Source: the human T2T-CHM13v2.0 reference genome, Homo sapiens
Direction: 5' to 3' (one strand)
Length of the DNA: 64,000 nt
Assembly: GCF_009914755.1 (NCBI RefSeq)
Contig: NC_060935.1
The position numbers and the translations under genes were made by a program. Below the pieces are notes generated by a model. It saw nothing but the letters and a program-made list of their open reading frames with translations, was not told where the DNA came from and did no database searches. Of the stretch, positions 1 to 12,790 are shown one piece after another (position 1 is the first letter of the stretch; each line of letters opens with the position of its first letter).

Positions 1-1012
1 TTTGAACCCCTTCCATCCTTCAGACCCCTCTGAAGTGACCTAGCACCGGCTTGTTTTTCTGCAGAGTGGATGTGAGTACATTTTGATTACGTGTTCCACC
101 TTCCGTGATTAGTTGTGCACTACCAGAGAAGGTCATTTGAATGGGAAAATGAGTGCAGCTTCCTGGATCCTGCTTAGGCCTCTTTTTGCCTGAATTCCTG
201 CTCTCCTTACCCAACAGCCTGGAGGACAGCTTCCTTTTGACATTCGGGCCTCAGAAGCTATGGAAGAACAAGCAGCCAGCCAGTATGGAATTTCCTGCAG
301 GAGGTAGACTCAAGAGCAGCCAGGAGCAAAAGCAAGTCCTTAAGTGGCATTTGTCTGATCAAAGGCCACCTGGAAGCCTATAGGTGATTTATGTGAAGGT
401 TTCTGCTGAGCCAGGAGCTGCTGACAAAGGTTGGCAGCAACACTTTTCCTAGTAACCTAGATCCAAATCTCTAATGATCCCATAGAGTGGGATTTCCTGA
501 TTCTTGACTTATTAGAAATCAATACCATCAAAAATACTAACACCTCCATTAAAGAAGGCATCCATTGATTTCCACTGGGAAGGTGGAGGCATTTGGAGGC
601 TCGGTATCTTAAGGAGATTCAGTTTTGATTTTTCATCTGTCAAAGTAATACCATAATGTACAAAACATACAATTTCTGGCAAGTGGTGAGGGGAGGGTAG
701 TAGGAATGACCATTCCAGCTCTCCTACCCTCCTGCTTCCCTGAAAAGCATAGTCTTAAAGCATTGTTCGTCAGCGGTGCTTCTTGGGCCCCTCTGGGCCC
801 CAAACCCAGCCAGCCCCACCAGGAGATGCCCATCACTGCCTCTGCAAGCCAGCTCAGGTGCATATCCTCTTATGGAGGAGAAAAATGCAAACAGAAGTTA
901 CCCACAAGGGATACATGGCATTGTTTGGGAATCAAGGATCTGACTTTCTCAATGTCTCCAAGACTTAGGATCCAGAATTCTTAAAAAGTCTTTCTGTCTC
1001 CAAAGACTATGT

Positions 1013-1062
1013 CCTAGGGAGATAAACATCCTATATACCTAGGGAGATAAACATCCTATATA
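1013..1062. repeat. Perfect 25-bp tandem duplication
   Basis: CCTAGGGAGATAAACATCCTATATA occurs twice, head to tail. Confidence 0.95.
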
Positions 1063-1179
1063 TCTTCCACCAATCACCCCAAAACACCCATTCTGGTACA
1101 ATGCATTCGTTAACAGTTACCACCCTCACCCTGTCTTTAAGAGAACCATATAACCCATCTCCCTTGCCTTGTGACTCAC

Positions 1180-1483
1180 AAAGGCCTGGCCCCACTGCCA
1201 GGCATTGCCACGTGACTGATTTTGGCCAACAGAGTGTGAGCAGACATGAAGGATGCCAGGTCTGAACAGAAGTTGTAAATGTGACTATACAATTTGGCTC
1301 AGCCTCTTGCTGTTCTCAACCACAATAAAACAGGCAGATCACAAAACGAGAAAGTATATGGAGCAGAACCACAGCCAACGCACAGCCCAGGTGACATAAG
1401 GAAGAAAGAAACTGTTGCTTTGTAAGCCACTGAGAGTTGAGGTTGTTTGTTATGCAGCCAGACTTCGCGACAACTGACTAATT
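1180..1483 (+). mobile_element. Old MLT1 (ERVL-MaLR) solo LTR, MLT1H-K type
   Basis: CACGTGACTGATTTTGGCCAA and the 3' motif TAAGCCACTGAGAGTTGAGGTTGTTTGTTATGCAGC...CTGACTAAT. Confidence 0.75.
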
Positions 1484-1983
1484 ACCCTTCAATACAGGAG
1501 TAGCAGGTAGCTCTGGGGAGTTGGCCAGCTCTTTGCACCTATGTCCTGTGGCTCCTATCACCCACCTAACAAAGCCCAGGCCTAGTTCCAATTTCACCAT
1601 AACTCATTTTCCATCCATTTATACCCTAGGCTCCTTAAGAAGTGAATCTTCCCGGCAACACCCTTAGTTCATGACTCATCCTGCCAGTGACTCTGGTTAA
1701 GGGGGGAAAAAGGTAGGTTTAATGTTTCAGCAACGCCACTGGAGATCTCAGAGTAAAAATCACCCCCTTTTCCTCTCCTGGGGAGGCTCCACACCAAGAG
1801 CCAATGGAGACTCACTGTCTAAGATAGAGAGCAAGATGTACAGGAGAGGGCACTGGACTAGGAGTCTGGAGTTCTGGATTTGGATTCAGGCTAAGTCACT
1901 GGGCCATGTGACCCCCTTAAAACCACGGAGTCTCTAATGGCCTGGGTGACCTAGTACAAGTCATTCCCTCTGTCTAAACTGAT

Positions 1984-2184
1984 CAGTGGTTTTCAAACCC
2001 AGCATTGGTTTCCTTGGAGATGTCTTAGCCGATAGCTGAGATGAGAAGAAGCCTGTGGCCAATATAACCTCATCCCCTGCTTCTGCCAGATGGGCTCTGT
2101 TTTGATCTACTGTACAAATTCGGTTTCTAGGTAAGATGTTGCTTAGCCAAGAATCCCATAGCTAAATGCATTTCAAAATCACTG
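1984..2184 (-). mobile_element. hAT-Charlie MITE (MER103C-like)
   Basis: TIR-like ends CAGTGGTTTTCAAA...TTCAAAATCACTG, with internal similarity to the recalled consensus. Confidence 0.6.
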
Positions 2185-3352
2185 ATCAGGTGATCTCTGA
2201 GGGCCTTTCCAGATCTGACACATGCTGATCCTCCCTGATGCCTGACTTCTTGTATATTCTGTGGCCACCCACTTCCTTGCCATTGTAGTCAAGGATTTAC
2301 TAACACCCAGAGGGCACCCAGTAGTGAATGACTGACAAGCAAGAATGTAACAAGGTAGATTCACAACAACTCAACCAAGAGTTATAAAACAGCTTCCTCT
2401 ATTTCTCCAAGGTGATTATTAGATTTTGGAAGGCTGAAGGGAAAAAAAAAAAAAAAGCAGTTCAGAGACACCATCAAGGAAGTGAGCTCAATGTTTTAGC
2501 TTTCTACTTGTGGTTTATCTTCTGCCTTGAGTATCTGGGTAAGACCACCACTTGCCCCCACCCCAATACCCCAAGCTGGAAAAAGGTTCTTTGGAGTGAG
2601 ATTCACACTTTTAGATCACTAAATACAGCCAACATGTCCTGGAAACCATCTCATGTTTCTCACATCCTCTGGGAATTCTAAGAAATTCTGATCTCAGAGG
2701 GCTTGCAGACCATGGAACCTCTGCCCAAGGGGCTGGGAGCTTTTGGTTTCCCAAAGCCTCGTTTGAGTGGACCCATATTCTATCATAGGAGAACAAGGCC
2801 AAGTTCACTAAACCAAGGGCTATGTCCCATCTGCCTGGGCAAACTGTCCTTCCTGAAATGGCTGAACAATACCCAATGTGACAGGAATCCATCCATTCTT
2901 CCACCCAGCACTAACCATGGGACCCCAGAGCAGGACTAGGGTTGACTATGACCTACGTCCAAGTTGCTGGTAAGTAGGCAAGCAGTGAAGAGATGAGACA
3001 TGGAGATCACAAAACAGGGCATGAGGTCTTTGGGGTAGCCATAGGAGAAAGGGAACTGAAACAGAGAGAGAGGCCAGTCCATGGAGACAGGAAAAGCTCA
3101 GGAAAGAGAAGAACTTTGGTTCGGGGACATTTATAAAGAGGGACAGAAGCAGAGCAGGCCACTCAGGAAGTGAGGGAGTGTGGCTTGGACTTTTCCTGGC
3201 TGGGAAAACACACAGAAAGAGCCTGTTTCCTCTGCAAGCAGAGACGTGAGGGAGCTCAGCCAGGCTGGGAGTGTCCAGAAGGCGGAGCCCCGGACTGGCT
3301 GGAAAAGAGAACTCCATCTCAGGAACCATGGTTTGCCCTGGAGAGCTTAGCA

Positions 3353-3450
3353 CTGGGCTGAGCACACCGTGTGGGATTCAACGTGCTAAAGTGAGTCACC
3401 ATGGGCCACCCCAAGAGCCTTCCAATTTGTCGCCTGCTTCCTTTCTTGCC
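3353..3450 (+). repeat. 98-bp dispersed direct repeat, copy 1
   Basis: Ungapped alignment to 4187-4284 with 10 mismatches (hand count). Confidence 0.92.
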
Positions 3451-3649
3451 CTCCACCCGCTCTGTTCTCCATGCCGTGGCCAGAACAACCTGATAGCACT
3501 GCAGACCTGTGTCTCCTCCCTTCTTAGACGCCCTGGCTGGGCTTGCACTGTGCATATCTGCTTCCCTCTCCTTACAGCTAGCCCACCAGCCCTCACATGA
3601 TCTAGCCTCTGCGCACGACCCAAGCCTCATCCGGCCGTCCGGCCCCTGC

Positions 3650-4036
3650 CCTGCCCTTAACTGGCCTCCCTAGGTTTCTTGAACACACCATAACATACTT
3701 TCTTTTCCTCCTGGGGGACCCTGCCCTCTGCCTAGAAAGCTTTTTTCCACAATTCACCAAACCAGCTCTTCTTCCTTTCAGATCACAGTCTCAAAGCTCC
3801 CCCTGGCCACCCCAGCTCAGGAAGGATTTATTTCCCTACTTACACCTTGTTTCTCTCACACGCTCCATTTTTTGCCTTGACCGCACTTCTTGCAATGTGT
3901 ACTGACCCATTTAATATCAGGCTTCAGCCCAAGTGTTGTGAAAAGGCAATGATCTCAGGTCTCCATTGCATCCCCAGCACGAGCAGAGTCCCTGGCACAT
4001 TCAGGGCTCAGCACACTGTTGAACAATGGAATGAGC
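3650..4036 (+). mobile_element. L2 LINE 3' fragment
   Basis: TTCTTGAACACACC..., ending CATCCCCAGCAC...CCTGGCACATTCAGGGCTCAG...TGTTGAACAATGGAATGA, typical of the L2 tail. Confidence 0.65.
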
Positions 4037-4136
4037 AGGTAATTTACTTGCCTGTAAAGAGTTACTCTCCAAATTATCTCCACATCTTCCCTCTTACCAA
4101 CCAGTTAAACCCATGCTATATTAAAGACATGAGGTA

Positions 4137-4440
4137 TTAGTAACAGTTAACATCCACTGAGTGTTTTTCATGGGCCCCAAGTTTTCCTGGGTTGAGCACA
4201 CTGTGTGTGATTCAACATGCTAAACTGAGTCACCATGGGCCACCCTAAGAACCTCCTAATTTGTTGCCTGCTTCCTTTCTTGCCTTCATTTAACCCTCAC
4301 AGCAACCTAATGAGGTCAGTCTTATTCTTTCCATTTCACAGATGAAAAAAATCAAGGCTTAAGATTAACTTAGCAGTTTATCCAACAGCTCCTGGCTAGT
4401 CAGTGTCAGGACCAGGATTTCAATCCAGGCAGCCTGACCT
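4137..4440 (-). mobile_element. MIR interrupted by the duplicated 98-bp segment
   Basis: TAACATCCACTGAGTG..., then CATTTAACCCTCACAGCAACCTAATGAGG...CCATTTCACAGATGAAAAAA...GGATTTCAATCCAGGCAGCCTGAC. Confidence 0.8.
4187..4284 (+). repeat. 98-bp dispersed direct repeat, copy 2 (inside a MIR)
   Basis: Ungapped alignment to 3353-3450, flanked on both sides by MIR sequence. Confidence 0.92.
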
Positions 4441-5159
4441 TTGGGCTGTGTGTATAGCTACCTTCAGACACAAAAGGAAAAGGTCCCAAGGGCATGTCTT
4501 TGGAGAATCAACCCCTGACTTTGTGTGGTGGAAACAGAAAACCAATGAGTCTGCAACAGGTGTCTCAGCAGGCTGGGAAATGAGGTTATTTGGTGATAAA
4601 TCTAACTCTTCAAAATTAGCTCTGCTCTCTGAGTCCGGGTGCCTGTGCTTCCAGAAGCCCCCCAAGGCTCTAGTCCTCTAATGACTAGGTCAGATCAAAG
4701 TCAGAGTTCCCAGTGAACACCAGCTTTCTGGTGGGACATGCCTCTTCCTGGGCAGGGAGGCCCACTGTGCAGATCAACCGCATGTCCAGGAGCCCTTGCA
4801 ATGGGCTGAGCTGGCTTTGGCCACCTCTTGTCAATTAGCCATGTCCAGGCTAATTGACAAGAATATTTTGACAAAGGATGTATCAATCCCATTTAAATAG
4901 ACTTTCTCCACAAATCCCATAACACGTAATGAGGTTATTTTATCTAGAAAGATATCCAATGACCTGGAAAAAAAAATTGGTGTGTGTTAAAGTGACCCTA
5001 TGTCTGCATTTCCACAAGCTTCTCTAAAACTTACTGACGACAGTATCTGCCTGGCTACAGACTGTGAAGGTGTTTATTCATTCCAGAGTCCCTTTCCTGT
5101 CCCTCTGCCCTGGGGAAACACAGTGAGCTGTATGCCCAGCAGTGTAGACCACAGACCCC

Positions 5160-5292
5160 ACACTAACTGGGCATAGGAATTCCCTGGGAAGCACTTTACA
5201 AATACAGATTTCCAGGCTCCCCCACTGAAGAGCATGATTCAGCAGATCTGAGGTGTGGCACAGGACTCTGTATTTTCCTGGTTCTCCAGCTC
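5160..5292. mobile_element. MER5-family hAT-Charlie fragment
   Basis: AAATACAGATTTCCAGGCTCC...TGATTCAGCAGATCTGAGGTGTGGCACAGGACTCTGTATTTT. Confidence 0.7.
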
Positions 5293-6129
5293 TCCCTGTG
5301 CAAGCAGGCCTGTGCCGCAGGGCGTGGGCATCATCGAGTAGTGGTGTGGATGCTGTTGGCATGTAGTGTCTTGCCGGGATCCAGGCCTAGCCACTCCTTT
5401 CTGTGGGATCCTTGACCACGTAACCACTCGGCCTCAGTTTCTTTATCTAGAAGAGGGGTACACAAATACACGGCCTGCTTGCTCCTTGGGTGGCTTTCAG
5501 GGATCAAGGGAGGTGGTATGAGTAAAATAATAACAAGAATTAACATTTATCAACTGTCAGCACCAGATGAAGCACTTTGCCTGAATAACTTAGTCTTCAT
5601 GAAAATTGTATGAGTGTGTTACTGTTGCTATTTCTGTTTTAAAGGTAAATAACCGAGACAGAGTTTAGGCAGCTAATCCAAAGACACCCAGCTTGGGATG
5701 TGAACTTGGGCATGAGTCAGGGCCCTGGCTCCGCTACAGTCGCTCCTGGCCAGTGCTGTGTCTGTGTGAGAAGCTGTCTTAGATTCAGCTTTCCTGCTAT
5801 GTCCCTCTCTGACAGCATTGGGATGTGAAGTTCTACACAGAGCAATGGTGCAGGAGGACCCCTGAACATTCAACATGGCTGCCCGGTGCCCTTCTGAGGA
5901 AGACAAGGAACAGATGGCCCTCGCAACCCTCGCCTTCCTGCCAACTATTAGGATGCAGAAGCAGGCGCCAGCTTCTGCTCACAGGAAAGAAGAAAAACAC
6001 AATGGCAGTAACAACTCCAACTGGGGCATGAGTTGCCATTTTGAATTGCCAAGGCTGGAGACCAAAAATATTGAGAAGTCTTAAAACAATGGCCCCTTAA
6101 ATTTGTACATTTGACAAAGAGGAGAGGGT

Positions 6130-6350
6130 GCTACCATTTACTGAGCACCTACTCTGTGCAAAACTCTTTCAAGTGGTCACTTCTCTTAGTCCTCACAGTA
6201 GTCCCATGAAGGAGGACGTTATCTTAGCCCATTTTACAGATGAGAAACCTGGGTCTCAGAGATACTAATGAAAGTAACCCAGGGCCAGCAAGGAGTGGAC
6301 ACTGGGTCTGAATTCACATTGAACTGGTTCCAAAACCCTGCCTTTCTGAA
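6130..6350 (-). mobile_element. MIR
   Basis: CATTTACTGAGCACCTACTCTGTGC...CCCATTTTACAGATGAGAAACCTGGGTCTCAGAGA core. Confidence 0.85.
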
Positions 6351-9300
6351 CTACAGCGCCCCTCCAGAGAGCATGTTCATGTTCATTATGGTGGGCGGCC
6401 TTGACTCATACTTGACATGGATGTCCCAGAGATTCCCTACACACAGCTTTCAATACTGAAGATGGAGCTCTCTGTCCCCGGGTGGGGCCGCAGCATCACA
6501 GTGCCTGTGGGAAGGCTGGGTAGACTGAAATAAAAGGGATTTCTGCCTGCTCCTTCTCTTACACTAAGGTACATGTGCCCACCTAAGTATCAGCCAAGCC
6601 AAGGAGAAAAGCCACAATTAACTGAGCACTTACTTGGTGCCAGGAACTTGCTCACAAACGATATTAAAATTTTACAGCAACCATGCCAGACTAGGTCTTA
6701 TTTTCCTTATTTTACAGATGCAGAACCTGATGCCCAGCAAAGGGGAAAGGATAGCAGGAGCCTTGATCCACCCAGGAAGAGGTGCCAGCTGGATCAGCAA
6801 GAGGCTGGTGGAGAACAAGAAGCTGCTATGAACCAATCTTTAGAAAACAGCAGGATCTCCGAGGAGAGAAAGAATTTCTCTCCAGCCAAAAGCTTCATGA
6901 GATGGAAGGGGATATCCTATCTCCTATATTGTATCCTCATCATGGTCTCAATAAACCCACTTGGAAGATGCCCATGCATGAGCGTCGACGGTGACTTCCC
7001 GAGGCTGGACGGCGATCCTTCCCACTGCAGAAGGCGGGGTGCTGAGCACTGTGCTGGGGCTTTCTGTGCACCATCTTCATTTGGTGCATTTTGAGGGGTC
7101 ATTCATTCTATCAACATCTCATTATAGAAGGCAGAGTTCAGAGAAATTAGGATGGCTGCCCAAGGTCACCTAACTACTCTGAGAAAGAGCTGACATTCAA
7201 ATCTAGGCCCCTGAGCCTGAGCTTTCCACATGACACTGTAGCATCTTTCAACAATCAGAGGACAATCTAGGCAAGTCAATTATTGTAGGTATGTGGCTCC
7301 CCATGCCCCATGGGAGAGGAAGGGTACATACTGCCTTATAAGAAGTTCTATCAGTACATGAGTGATAGAGAGGTTACCATTCCCTGAGGTTGCCTATAGG
7401 ACAATTGCACACTAGGTCAGACCCAAAAAACTGGAACTACACTTTATAGATGGCACTGGAGAAAGTAGATGGCTTCTGAAGGCTACAAATGAATCCCAGC
7501 CCTGCTCAGACCAGAAATCTGGTCAAATCTGCTCCCTAGACTGGGGGAGTAGAGAACCTGAGGGCTGGATAGGTACCATGGGTGAACCATCTCCCTGGTC
7601 TGGACTTAAAGGTCTGATTTTGATATCAAAACATAAGAACCTCCCTCAATTCTTAACTACATCCAAATTCTGGCTATGCCACATGATGTCCTATCTTCCA
7701 GGAAGAAGCATCACACCTGGCTTCTAGCTTGGGCTTTCATCCACTTAAAGGAATCCACAGCATCATGGCCATCATGACGTCACATGAGGTTTATTTAGGT
7801 TTGAGGCCTGTCTCCTATCATGAAAGTCCATCTACCAGCACCTACCAGATGGCTAAAAGGAAGCAAAAGACACTCTGGGTGCAGGCAGGAGCTGATGTCA
7901 AGGGGAATCCCTTCTGCAGGACAGCTAAGAGATCCACACAAAACAGATGGAGCCAATTTAATATCTCTCCCAGCAAAGGAGTCGTATTAGGAAAGCAAGG
8001 ACAGAGCAGAAGCATTAGTATAAATTACTCTGAGCGTTCATAAAGGTTTGCTGCTCAACACTCCCCGGAGGCTAAAGAATTGTTTGCTCCAGCCTCTCAG
8101 ACCCAAAGCATGCAAATTAATAGTCATGATTTATCAAGAGGTATTTTTCATTGGTGTTCTTGGACCAGGTTTCTTTAAGTATTTGGGTTCATCTATCTAG
8201 CATGTGCCTGGCTGAGTACTGCTACTATTATGCAAAATGCATCATAAATCCAACATTTAAGAGAGGTTTATTTAAGCCAGTCTAGAGCTTCCAGGGTCCA
8301 AGCTCATTACCATGAACACAACTAATTCCTGGCAGGGTATGGGGCAGTGGAAGCCAGTCCATTGCATCTGTAAGCCACTGAACGGTCACAGTCTCTGTGG
8401 GTGGGGTGTGGGGCTGGGAGGAGGACCAAGGCACCTTTGTCCCACTCCAGAGCCTGCCATCCCTGGTTCAGCCTCTGCTTTGAGGCTGCCACATCTTTGA
8501 TCAAGCTATTACTTCCTCCTGGCACCCCCTTCCTAACCCCTACATCTTTCTCTTCCCAAACTAAACAGCTGTAGGCCCACTAAAGCTTTTCCTGATCATC
8601 CAAGGCAAGGCCCACCCTCTGACCTCTCAGGAGGAGAGAGCCTACAAAGGAAGCCTGTGAAGGAGGGTAGGCAAGGAGGCTGGATGTGAGCCTGCAGGTT
8701 CTGGGCCCAGGCCCTCCTCCCTTTGAAACCTCAGTCTCTTCATTTGGATAAGATGACTTCAAAATTCCTTTCGGGCAAACGTTGAATTGAGTTCTCATGC
8801 CTTGGAACTCCTGCTCTCTGTTTTCTGTTATATGAGGCCATGAGTTCCATGAGGATGTAAGCTGCTCCCCTTCCTCACATCCTCCCCAGAACCCAGCACA
8901 GTGTGTCTGAAAAACAGCAAATGCTGTGAAAAGATGAAAGGGAGGAGAAAGGAGAGAAGAGGAAAAGAAGGGAGGAAGGAGGGGAGCCACTCAGCTAAGT
9001 GAGGACCTCACTGATAAGTCATCAACCATTCTAGACAAAACAAATTATCATCATGGCCACTCCTTTGAGGACGAAATGCGACATCTGCTTTAAATATTGA
9101 AAATAATAACCATATATATGGAAGACTTACAATAGTCACAATCTCACTGCTGGGGAGGGGAGGTGACCTGATCCCCAATTTCGCAGAAGAAACTGGTTCA
9201 GAGAGGTGCAGCAACAAACTCAAGGTCACATAGAAAGAGACAGAGCCAGGGTTTCAGGCACTTCCACTGAACCACTGGGCTACCTATTGTACATTTGTTT

Positions 9301-10249
9301 CCAGAAGGCAGAAGCAGCCTGGCATGTGTGAAATCCCTAGGGCATAAGGGAGCCCAGGCTGCCCTTCTCTAGCCAGAGTCCTGCTCCTGCACCAACTGCA
9401 CCTGACCAGGTTCCCAAGCACTGACTCCAGGGCAGGACCTTGGTCAGACCCTCATCGCTGCTCACCAGGCTGTGGCTCCAGGCAGAGCCATCTTGGTTTC
9501 ACAGCCTGGGTTTAGGCTGATTAAAAGAAACATCTAAATGACAGAGTATCATATCATTCCAGCTATAGTAATTGCCCCAAAGAGATCAGCCACAAGATGT
9601 GGGTTTAACCAGGTGCAGATATAAGAGAGGACAGTGGGGTTGGAGCAGGGGTAAGGAGGTATTAACATTTGTTGAAATGTTCACCTACAACATGCAGGCA
9701 TGTACTCTAGGTCATCCCAGGCACTCTGAATGTGCAACTTTTGTGTAACTTTCATAATGACCATAGGAGGAAAGATGATTATCCCATTCCACAGATTAGG
9801 AAATTGAGGCCACACAGCTGGAAGGAAATGAAGCTAGGACTCGACCCTAGACCCACCCAACTCTGAAGCTTGGGCTAGGGGCTGGGCCTGTTCCCTTAGC
9901 CGGGTTAGTGCATGGCACTAATGAGATCGGGGTCTGCGTGTGGGGCCCACATTATCTGACATGAGAATGTGCTTTTATAAACTGAACTCTAAACAATCAC
10001 TTTTTTGTTTTTGCCCTTGCACAGAACAAATTTCTCTCCTTTGGCCATGGCCTGAGGGCCAGTTTCATGGTGTGAACGCACACCTTTAGTGCCACAGAGA
10101 CAGAGCAGATGGGGTGGCTGGCTGAAGGCAGGCCTTCACGACTGTTCAGGACAAGATGGAGGCCAAAACTCAGACTTCAGCAGTTGTTTAACTCTTTTTC
10201 CTGCCTTTGAGACTGTCAGACTGTCACCTCGATGCAGGCTCTCGTATCT

Positions 10250-10420
10250 GCAGCGCTGGCTGGCTGTGTGCCCTGAGCTCAGTTTCCTCATCTGTGAAAG
10301 GGGGATGATGATACTTACCTCACACATCTGCAGTGCGGATGAAATGAAATAACGTATGTACTGCATTCAGCAAGTACCTGGCCCATTCCAGGGGCTCAGT
10401 AATGGTAGCCATTATTCTGA
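10250..10420 (+). mobile_element. MIR
   Basis: CTCAGTTTCCTCATCTGTGAAAGGGGGATGATGATACTTACCTC core. Confidence 0.8.
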
Positions 10421-12591
10421 TTATTGTCATCATCTTTCAACTTCACACCCACCAGACCCTGGTGGACTCAGCAGATGAGCAGAGACGACCACTGTGGGAG
10501 CCACTGAATTGCCCCAGGCCCCAGAATGGAACCTGGCACCAGCTGGAGCAGCCCTGCTGTCCAGCCCTGCTCCTGGGCAGGTCAGCTCTGAACCTTCTCC
10601 GTCCACTCTCTGAAAACTGCCTAGTATATCAGCAGCTGAGTCACCACTGTGTGCCAGAAAGGAAGCCACTCACACACTGCATAGTGCAAAAACCCCACCC
10701 CTCCAATTTCCGTTTTGTTAGAGAGAATGTCACTGGTGAGGGCCTGCATCCATTCTCTCACCCCTAAACAAGGGGGCCTAAGTAAAGCCCAGAGAAGCTG
10801 GGCTGGAGCTTTTGAAGAAGCACAGAATCCTAGGCTCAACACCCCAAATCGATTCAGAAGGGCTGGAGGATTCGGGACCAGGCCCTAGGAAAGAGGGAAG
10901 CTCTCATCTTCTTGTCAAGAGGAGGCAGACAAGCTCCCGGCTGGCACTTTGAGGGAGAGAGCATCTTCATTAGGAAGATTATTGGTTTGGGAAGTGATTA
11001 AATAGAATTAAGAAGACAGGGCGTGGGTGGTTATTGGTGTGGCCAAGGCTTCCAGGAAGAAGAAACTGTTTCATATAATGAGAGGGAGGAATACAGATCG
11101 GCAGGGGCATTTGGCAGGAAAAGGGCAAGAAGCAATTTGATAGGAGAAGGAGAAAGCCAGCCTCAGCTCCAAAATGTGACTGTCCCCAGGACCCTTCCCT
11201 AAAATGAAAGTGCTCTGAATGTCTCATCCAGAACTGCGAGAGGGAATGGTTTTCTTGCCAGCATTGACCTGGGGCAAAACATGGCCCACAGGCACACGAG
11301 CCTCAGCCAGACACAGAGGAGACTGTGACACATGTCCCAGAAGGTGCTGAACTCCCACGAAGGCTGACAATGTCCCATGGCATAAGGGCAGGGAGGAGGT
11401 GAGTCAGGAGAACCCCAGCAGCCATCAGGTTTGTACAAGGATCTGGGGCTGACGCTCCTGCAGGTCACTGGCTAGCAAAAGACAGCCAGTCATGAGAAGG
11501 AGCCGAAAAACATAAAAAGAACCAAAAAAAAAAAAAAAAAAAACTCAATAAGCCAAATAATCCCCACACTTTCTCCTTTTAACTGGTCCCCAAAACACCC
11601 TTTTCAAGTAAGAGAACACTGGCCCAATGTTCAGCTTTCCTGCAGGTAAAAAGAATTTTAATTAAAAAGTAAATTGCAGTTTGAGTGCACCTGGTAATGT
11701 GTGCAATGGCCTTAAGCCAATTAAGAAGAGGTTTCCCTTTTATCCTTTCCTTCACCAGGTTGAATGTATTGCTTGGCTTTTACAGAAAGAAGAAAGAGAA
11801 AAAGCAAAAAGCGACAAGGCATCTTCATAAGAGACCCCACCTCCCGGGTCAGGAGATGAGGCGGGATGTCAAGGTTGTGCGTCGCAGCAGCCGGGCCTCC
11901 TGTGCGCAGGACAAATGGGCAACGTGATCCCCTTGCAGGCTGCTGCCTTCCTTCGGGACTCCTGCTGCATTAGCAAAATCAATGAAGGGGAGAAGAAAGG
12001 GAGGTGCAATCCCAGCCAACCTTTCCCTAACAGCTCTTTCCTAAAAACCACCTTCTGATGCCTTGTGCCTTGTTAGAAATGGAAAGGGCTATGTCAGCAG
12101 CGAAGAACTTGAGGCTTGGACCAGCTGGCTCCCTGGAAACCCAAAAGGGATGGGGTGGCCTCTCTTGCCCCCTGGCTTCAGGAAGGAAGGAAGGAAAGAA
12201 GGAAGGGCAGCATCACAGGGCAGCCAGGGAAAAAACAAAGACAGCCAAGAGGGCGGCTCGGGTTTCCCAGCCAGCAGCACCCCAGCAGACACATAGGTTT
12301 GGCTGGGAACTGGCTGTGGGCAGACACAATCCCACTGGAGAAAAATGTGAATCTGGACATTTGTTTAGCTGAGTGGCGGTGATGGCAAAGGAAGGCTCCA
12401 GTCCTGCAGCCGTGGCATGGCGCCAGCTCTCAGGAACTTACTGAGCCACCCTGGTCTGCTGGATCTAGGGAGCCCTGAGTCGAGCCCCACCTGTCACCAT
12501 ACTCTAGGTTTGACCAGGACTAGAAGATGACAGACAGCAGGCTACTCGGCTGGGCTATATGGCTTGCTCACTGGCTTGCTCACTTCAGGTA

Positions 12592-12790
12592 GTGATTTTC
12601 AAATTCCGTCATTTAATGTGTGTCCAAATAAACTCCTATGCAAACCTCAATATATAATACAGATGGAATGGAGCCGCTCGGATTAGGTGGGGGTTGAGGT
12701 GGGAGTTTCTATCCCTGTCCTACCCATCAGGCCTCTAGCCTCTGGAACCCCGCCAGGGTACCCCATGGGCATCGCAGGCCATCATCAGAA
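12592..12790 (+). mobile_element. hAT-Charlie MITE (MER103C-like)
   Basis: AGTGATTTTCAAA start; AATATATAATACAGATGGAATGGAGCCGCTC internal similarity. Confidence 0.45.

Noticed and set aside
6573-7094. 173-aa ATG-initiated ORF on the plus strand
   Set aside because: The N-terminal part is translated MIR, there is no recognisable homology, and the length is within chance expectation for 64 kb.
12560-12584. 12-bp tandem duplication (TGGCTTGCTCAC x2); similar short repeat TTTTACAAAACAAAT near 41134-41172
   Set aside because: Ordinary slippage events with no further structure.
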